Shown piece by piece: positions 58,594 through 64,000 of a stretch of DNA of 64,000 nucleotides. How positions within the stretch are numbered: the stretch's first letter is position 1; every line of letters begins with the position of its first letter. The notes under the pieces are model-generated. The model did no database searches. It saw only the letters and a list, made by a program, of their open reading frames with translations, and had not been told where the DNA came from. The stretch is from the NCBI GenBank assembly GCA_963738405.1, contig CAVTWJ010000016.1, positions 33,507 to 97,506 on the forward strand, read 5' to 3'. The DNA comes from a candidate division FCPU426 bacterium (GTDB lineage Bacteria > Oederibacteriota > Muellerivitia > Muellerivitales > Muellerivitaceae). The translations under genes and the position numbers were made by a program.

Positions 58594-59577
58594 TTAGAAC
58601 AGAAATTCTTCAAAAGCTTTGCTCAAATCGGTAGTCGGCAAATGGCTGGCATCCTCATAAGGCGCCTTAGCCGGCGCGAATTTCTTTAGCATCGGCACCT
58701 GCGCCTGCAGCCGCTCGACATAGGTTGGAAGCTTGATTTCATAGAACACACCCACCGGGATGCGGTCGCCGTGATAGTAGGCCATTTGAAATGCTTTTTT
58801 CTGCTTGTCGGTGACTTCTTCAAGGTTTGTCGGATCTTTTACTGACCCATCATGGCCCATTTCGTTGATATTGAAGATGCGAGGAACCTGATTGTTCTCC
58901 CCTTCTCCCTTTATCTTTTTATTGAACCATTCAGCGGTATGAAGGTCGTTGAAGGTTGGGCAAGGCTGCAAAACATCCAAGAGTGCCATTCCCTTGTGTT
59001 CAATAGCCTTCTTGATCATTTCCTTCAAATGTTTTCCGTCAAAGGCATAGCTGCGTCCGATCCAGGTATATCCTGAACTCAAGGCCAGCGCTAAAGGCTG
59101 GATCGCGTCGTTCGTGTTGGGTAGGGGCAAGGACTTGGTTTGTTGGCCCCTTCCCAAAGTAGGCGCGGCCTGGCCTTTTGTGAGTCCGTAAACTTCGTTC
59201 GTGAAAACAATGTAAGCCATATCAACATTACGGCGTCCCGCATGCACGAAATGTCCGGCGCCGATGCCGTATCCATCGCCGTCTCCGCCGCAAGCGATCA
59301 CTTCCAAATCGGGGTTGGCCAGTTTGGCCCCAACCGCGAAAGGAAGAACCCGTCCATGGAGAGTGTGGACTCCGTGGGAAGACATATAATTGAATGTTTT
59401 TCCAGAACAGCCGATCCCGGCGAATACCATGGTTTCCCAGGGGGGCAGGGCTAGTTCGGCGCAGGATTGCTGGATCGCCTGGAGAATCCCGAAGTCGCCA
59501 CAACCCGGGCACCAGTCGTTGTGAACTTCACTTTTATAAGCTGCGACCGTTAACGGCGTTTGAAGTTTAGAGACCAT
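58594..59577 (-). CDS. korB: 2-oxoacid:ferredoxin oxidoreductase beta subunit
   Basis: WCPGCGDFG, GIGCS, HTLHGR, GGDGD, YGLTKGQ, QPCPTFN; substrate not determinable. Confidence 0.92.
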   Translation of the reverse strand: MVSKLQTPLTVAAYKSEVHNDWCPGCGDFGILQAIQQSCAELALPPWETMVFAGIGCSGKTFNYMSSHGVHTLHGRVLPFAVGAKLANPDLEVIACGGDGDGYGIGAGHFVHAGRRNVDMAYIVFTNEVYGLTKGQAAPTLGRGQQTKSLPLPNTNDAIQPLALALSSGYTWIGRSYAFDGKHLKEMIKKAIEHKGMALLDVLQPCPTFNDLHTAEWFNKKIKGEGENNQVPRIFNINEMGHDGSVKDPTNLEEVTDKQKKAFQMAYYHGDRIPVGVFYEIKLPTYVERLQAQVPMLKKFAPAKAPYEDASHLPTTDLSKAFEEFLF

Positions 59578-61435
59578 AGGTCAACACCACCTTTTCAATG
59601 GACTGTCCGGTAAGCGGATCAACTTCTCCGGGCACTTGTTTTTTCGCGATTTTCGTAATCGAATCAACAATTTCATTAAGCGACATGGGACGTCCCGTGT
59701 ATTTTACGACTTGCGCCGGAATAAAAACCCCGGTGCCCATGCGAATCAAATGCCCCAACTGAGTTCCCCAGTTACTCTCGACGAGAACAAGCTTCTTCGC
59801 CTTTTTCAGTATTTTTTCACACGCAAGCGGGAAGGGATGAAGCATCCGGATATGCAGGCAATTCACGCTAATGCCCATTTCTTTCATCGCTGGAATAGCG
59901 TCGGCAATCACCCCGTAGGTAGTTCCCCAACACACCACCGTCAAATCGGCGTTTTCATCACCCGTGAGGGAAAATTGTCGATCCAGCGGAATTTGTTCCA
60001 GCATGAGGCGGTATTTTGACATTCGCTTCTCGTGCATCTTTTTCCGGGACTCTGGATTCTCGGTGATATGCCCATAATCATCATGCTCGTCACCTGTCAT
60101 CCAATAGGGACTCCCCTCCTGACCGGGATAGGGACGAGGCGAGACAATTTGCTTTGGATCGGGCCGGAAGCGTGGGAAACCCTTCCCGTCCGCGATGGCC
60201 AACTCTAGCTCCTGAGGCGTCGCCAGCCGTCCGCGATCGATCATGAGATGGTTTTCTTTAAACGGCGGTATCGTTTGCAGGCTGTGGGTCAAAAACTTGT
60301 CATTGAGGATAATGACCGGTGTTTGAAATTTATCGGCGTAATTGAAAGATTCAAAAGCCAGTTGGAAATGGTCTTCGATGGTGGCGGGCGCCATCACCAA
60401 TCGCGGGTATTCACCATGACCGCCGAAAACGGAAAACATCAAATCACCTTGTTCTTGACGGGTCGGCAATCCGGTGGATGGTCCCCCACGCTGATAGTTG
60501 AAAACAACAATTGGGACTTCGTTCATCCCCGCCCAGCCCAAACCTTCAGCCATCAGGCAGAAGCCTGGGCCGGAGGTCGCAGTGGAAGCCCGAACACCGG
60601 TGGTGGAAGCACCCAAGGCCATTTCAACCGCTGCAATTTCATCTTCACACTGAACAACGGCTATTCCAAACTCCGGGTGGCTTTCAAGGTAATAACTTTC
60701 ATCCGTCGCGGGGCTGATGGGATAATAGGACTGGTAACGGCATCCTGCCTTTAATTTGCCCAATGAGTTGGCCTGCGCTCCGTTGATCAATAAACGCTTC
60801 GGCGTGTTTTTTTTCGGTTCCAAATGGTAGGGAAACTGGGCGTGCATCTCGGCTGGCAAGGCCTCGACAGCCTCATAGGCTTTCTTAACCGCGGCCATGT
60901 TAAGTGGAATAAATTTCGCCTTCTTCCCCGCGTAAATGCGGGTGAGGGTATCTTCCATGTGGGAGATATTCATCCGAAGCAAGGCAATTGAAGCCGCCAC
61001 TGCGATGGTGTTTTTGATAATAGAAAGTTTAGCGTATTCCTCTCCAGTCACTTCGGCCACATGGCGCAAGACCATGTTGAAATCAATCGGTAGAGTGATG
61101 ACGCCCGATTTTAAATTCAGGTCGTCGAGGGTGATCTTCGTGGGATCATAAATCAGCGCCCCGCCCTTGACCACCTCATGAGCATGCAAACGAGCAGTGG
61201 AATCTTCAAAGGTGGCAAGAATATGGACGTCATCCACGTGGCTGTGAATGGGCTTGTCCGATACGCGGACCTGGAAATAACTATGTTTGCCCTTGATATT
61301 CGAATGGTATTCGCGCTTACCAAAAACCCATAAACCGGCGGTGGCGCAAGCCTGAGAAAAAAGATTGGCTGAAGAATCCACACCCGTTCCCTGGGGGCCG
61401 CCGATCATCCACGATACTTCATTGACAACTTTCAT
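59567..61435 (-). CDS. korA: 2-oxoacid:ferredoxin oxidoreductase alpha(-gamma) subunit
   Basis: GGPQGTG, YPISPAT, EDEIAA, TATSGPG, QRGGPSTGLPT. Confidence 0.92.
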   Translation of the reverse strand: MKVVNEVSWMIGGPQGTGVDSSANLFSQACATAGLWVFGKREYHSNIKGKHSYFQVRVSDKPIHSHVDDVHILATFEDSTARLHAHEVVKGGALIYDPTKITLDDLNLKSGVITLPIDFNMVLRHVAEVTGEEYAKLSIIKNTIAVAASIALLRMNISHMEDTLTRIYAGKKAKFIPLNMAAVKKAYEAVEALPAEMHAQFPYHLEPKKNTPKRLLINGAQANSLGKLKAGCRYQSYYPISPATDESYYLESHPEFGIAVVQCEDEIAAVEMALGASTTGVRASTATSGPGFCLMAEGLGWAGMNEVPIVVFNYQRGGPSTGLPTRQEQGDLMFSVFGGHGEYPRLVMAPATIEDHFQLAFESFNYADKFQTPVIILNDKFLTHSLQTIPPFKENHLMIDRGRLATPQELELAIADGKGFPRFRPDPKQIVSPRPYPGQEGSPYWMTGDEHDDYGHITENPESRKKMHEKRMSKYRLMLEQIPLDRQFSLTGDENADLTVVCWGTTYGVIADAIPAMKEMGISVNCLHIRMLHPFPLACEKILKKAKKLVLVESNWGTQLGHLIRMGTGVFIPAQVVKYTGRPMSLNEIVDSITKIAKKQVPGEVDPLTGQSIEKVVLTYGL

Positions 61436-61578
61436 TGACCTCTCCCCATTTTGTTAAATTAAAAAGGCGCCAATTCGTTAATATAGAATCGCGCTATACA
61501 AAAAACAATTGCTTTGTCTCTTTTCACCCATGTTTTGTCGCTTCTTTCAGGGCAGGATGATTTTGTCATTCCCCTCAG

Positions 61579-61600
61579 GAGCCCTATCATGATGGGGCTC
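61579..61600. promoter_or_regulatory. Near-perfect 22-bp palindrome in a divergent intergenic region
   Basis: GAGCCCTATCA/TGATGGGGCTC (10 of 11 positions symmetric). Confidence 0.45.
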
Positions 61601-61737
61601 ACAAAGCCAAATATTTTACCAAGACCGGGCGTGGTGCCCCGGAAAAGCCCGACGCTCTGAAGCATAAGCAATTGAAGAACCAACAAGCTTCAAAATAGCC
61701 CTTCTTGGGCCGATTTCCCATAATTTAAGGAGGCAAG

Positions 61738-63711
61738 GTGGCATTGAAAAAAAAGTCCATTTCGTCCCGCTTAAGGCGGGGTGATCCAGCACGGTTCCAG
61801 ACAAAAAGACGCCAAGGCCTTCCTTCGGCGCCTCCTTCGGTCACCCAGTCGTTCTGCTTGGCCGCCTTTTTCATCCCATTCATTCTATATCTAGCAACCT
61901 TCAATCCCGCTCTTTTTAGAAACGACTCGCCCGAGGTGGTCGTGGGCTGCATAGGGCTGGGAGTCATTCACGCGCCGGGTTATCCCCTCTTCATGCTGGC
62001 TGGAAGATTGTTTTCATTTCTACAAGTCGGCAACCCGGCCATGACACTTAACCTCTTTGCGGCCTTTCTCGGTGCGGTTGCTTCTCTTTTATTTTTCCTC
62101 AACGCGCGTCTTCTTTTAATCCGTCTATCACTTTCACTTTCCAACTCCCCCTCTCCCTTTCTATCGGAACTTCTTTGCCTCATTGCAACCTTGAACTTTT
62201 CCCTCTCCCGAACCTTTTGGGGAAACGCCCTCGCCGCCAAGGGAGGCGTCTATGTTTTTCAAATCGTCCTAGAGCTTTCCATCTTCCTCGCTGCCCATGC
62301 CATTCTCGCAAAAGAAAAGGACTCCAAAAAGGTAAGGATGTTTTTATTGTTCATGTTTTTGTTCAGCTTAGGTTTTTGCAACCATTGGCCCACTCAGGTT
62401 CTTTTCGCGATTCTTCTCGCGTCATGGATTTATGCCCAAAAATCGTTTTTCATCGTATCCTCAAGTTTTATTAGCAAAGACTTGGTTTATGCCCTCGCGC
62501 TCTCTCTTTGCGCCCTAAGTCTTTATCTTTACCTGCCACTTCGCGCCCAACAAATTCCCATTATCGATTTTGGGGCGCCAACGAACTTTCAGCGTTTTGT
62601 CGAAACCGTCGCCCGAACGACCTACCTGAAGGTAGAAACCATGGCCACGGCCCCATCGGGTTTCCAAGCTTCCCTGCTTCACAAGGTGGATTATATTTCC
62701 GACCACACACTTCGCGAATTCTGTCTCTTCTTTTCGCTTTTCGCACTTGGCGGAATTTATTTTCTTCTCAAGTGGGACAAAATCCTATGCCTGGCCTCCC
62801 TGGGCCTCGTTGGACTCGTACTCTTCGTCAATTTGTTTTACCTTCAGGCCGACCCCATCGAATACTGGCATATCGCTGACCATCTGCTCACGAACAACTG
62901 GGTCACCGGCTTTTTAGGTTGTATCGGGATGTTAGGACTACTTTCGACGCTCAACCGTTCGAGAAAGTCGCTTGCCTTGATTTGTTTTGCCGCCACGCTT
63001 CCCATGGCTTACTGGAACAGCATCCAGGACGACAATCAAACCCGGCAGTTTCTTTATTTCGGGTATGGCCTCATCGCGCTCAAATCACTTCCCCTACAAT
63101 CGGTTTTTTTCGCAGAAGATGATTATGATTACTTCTCCGTCTTTTACCTGACGGAAACCCTCCACAAACGCCCCGACGCCCATTTGATACTCACGCCATT
63201 TTTGGATAAGCCCTACCAATTTGAACACATGCTCGCTCCCGAAAGACCTTTGTTTGAAGGACATGACGGTAAATACGGGAAGGAACAGGTATTCCGAGCG
63301 CTCGGAAACCCGCAAATGAGCCATCCCCTCTATTGCGCCTTCCCGAATGCTTCCTTTTCGGAATCCTATTTGAACTTTTATCCCAGATTCGTCTTTGAAC
63401 CTAAAGGCCTTTTGACCCACATCCTAGTCCCTGGTGAAAAAGCGGTTCCACAAAGCAACTTCACCATTTTGTCTGAGTTTTACGGCCATTATCTAGCTCC
63501 CGAAACAAGCCAGCCCAATGAAGTCAACGGCCTGCTTCGGGAAATTTGCGCCCATCCCCTGCTCAACGCCGCGCGCTATGAAAAGTTGTTTGGAAACACC
63601 GAACATTGGGAATGGTACCATTTATCGGCTCTTAAGCTCATTGCCGAACCAATGTTTTTCAATGAGACGCTAAAGGAATTTAAAAGCGCTTCATTTCCGC
63701 TTTCAAAATAG
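61738..63711 (+). CDS. DUF2723 / TMEM260-like GT-C membrane protein
   Basis: DSPE....LGVIHAPGYPLF, NH, YLYLPLRA, RPD; GTG start after AAGGAGG. Confidence 0.82.
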   Translation: MALKKKSISSRLRRGDPARFQTKRRQGLPSAPPSVTQSFCLAAFFIPFILYLATFNPALFRNDSPEVVVGCIGLGVIHAPGYPLFMLAGRLFSFLQVGNPAMTLNLFAAFLGAVASLLFFLNARLLLIRLSLSLSNSPSPFLSELLCLIATLNFSLSRTFWGNALAAKGGVYVFQIVLELSIFLAAHAILAKEKDSKKVRMFLLFMFLFSLGFCNHWPTQVLFAILLASWIYAQKSFFIVSSSFISKDLVYALALSLCALSLYLYLPLRAQQIPIIDFGAPTNFQRFVETVARTTYLKVETMATAPSGFQASLLHKVDYISDHTLREFCLFFSLFALGGIYFLLKWDKILCLASLGLVGLVLFVNLFYLQADPIEYWHIADHLLTNNWVTGFLGCIGMLGLLSTLNRSRKSLALICFAATLPMAYWNSIQDDNQTRQFLYFGYGLIALKSLPLQSVFFAEDDYDYFSVFYLTETLHKRPDAHLILTPFLDKPYQFEHMLAPERPLFEGHDGKYGKEQVFRALGNPQMSHPLYCAFPNASFSESYLNFYPRFVFEPKGLLTHILVPGEKAVPQSNFTILSEFYGHYLAPETSQPNEVNGLLREICAHPLLNAARYEKLFGNTEHWEWYHLSALKLIAEPMFFNETLKEFKSASFPLSK

Positions 63712-63767
63712 TGGAATAAGAAACAGGAATATCAAAAACGTCCGCAAAATTTGATTGTACCCAAAAT

Positions 63768-63808
63768 AAAAAACCCAACCCCTCAATTGGGGGGTTGGGT
63801 TCGTTTTT
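63768..63808. terminator. Bidirectional terminator (end of rRNA operon / DUF2723 gene)
   Basis: AACCCAACCCC-N8-GGGGTTGGGTT flanked by A- and T-tracts. Confidence 0.85.
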
Positions 63809-63811
63809 AAA

Positions 63812-63929
<118 letters not shown>

Positions 63930-64000
63930 ACATCGAGATCGTTAACTGTTATTCACAGTTAAAAAGATTGATTGAAATACTATCCGAACCAAAGTGGATT

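Noticed and set aside
63930..64000. 3' end of 23S rRNA
   Set aside because: Probably the 23S-5S spacer; no recognisable 23S sequence lies within the window.

Overview
64-kb window from the chromosome of a diderm bacterium (LptD/LptF, PorV-like barrels). The gene mix suggests a poorly characterised lineage; that is inference only. Most genes are on the minus strand. Left to right: (1) A heme operon (ccsA-like, hemA, hemC, cobA/hemD, hemB, hemL) split by two insertions. One is a single gene bracketed by two copies of a 28-bp palindrome. The other is a ~12-kb accessory block with a PilZ gene, a TA-like pair, membrane proteins, a repeated three-gene Rhs-tip cassette array whose junctions carry a conserved covarying hairpin, and a ParB-HTH-transmembrane fusion gene with two perfect 23-bp palindromes inside it. 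(2) An 11-subunit complex I-like operon (nuoABCDHIJKLMN, no nuoEFG). (3) Polyprenyl synthase, a Crp/Fnr regulator, uvrA, lptD/lptF, two PorV-like genes and a Pro-rich secreted protein. (4) A large putative polyprenol-phosphate-sugar/GT-C glycosylation locus (TIGR03663-like, Ppm1-like, two NHL proteins, DUF2298, a 2080-aa GT-C/DUF2298 fusion, GT2, DUF2723). (5) korAB and a 5S rRNA. The best candidates for undescribed systems are the Rhs cassette array with structured junctions, the adjacent membrane-tethered ParB fusion, and the GT-C cluster. All family calls come from motif recognition by eye; no searches were run.
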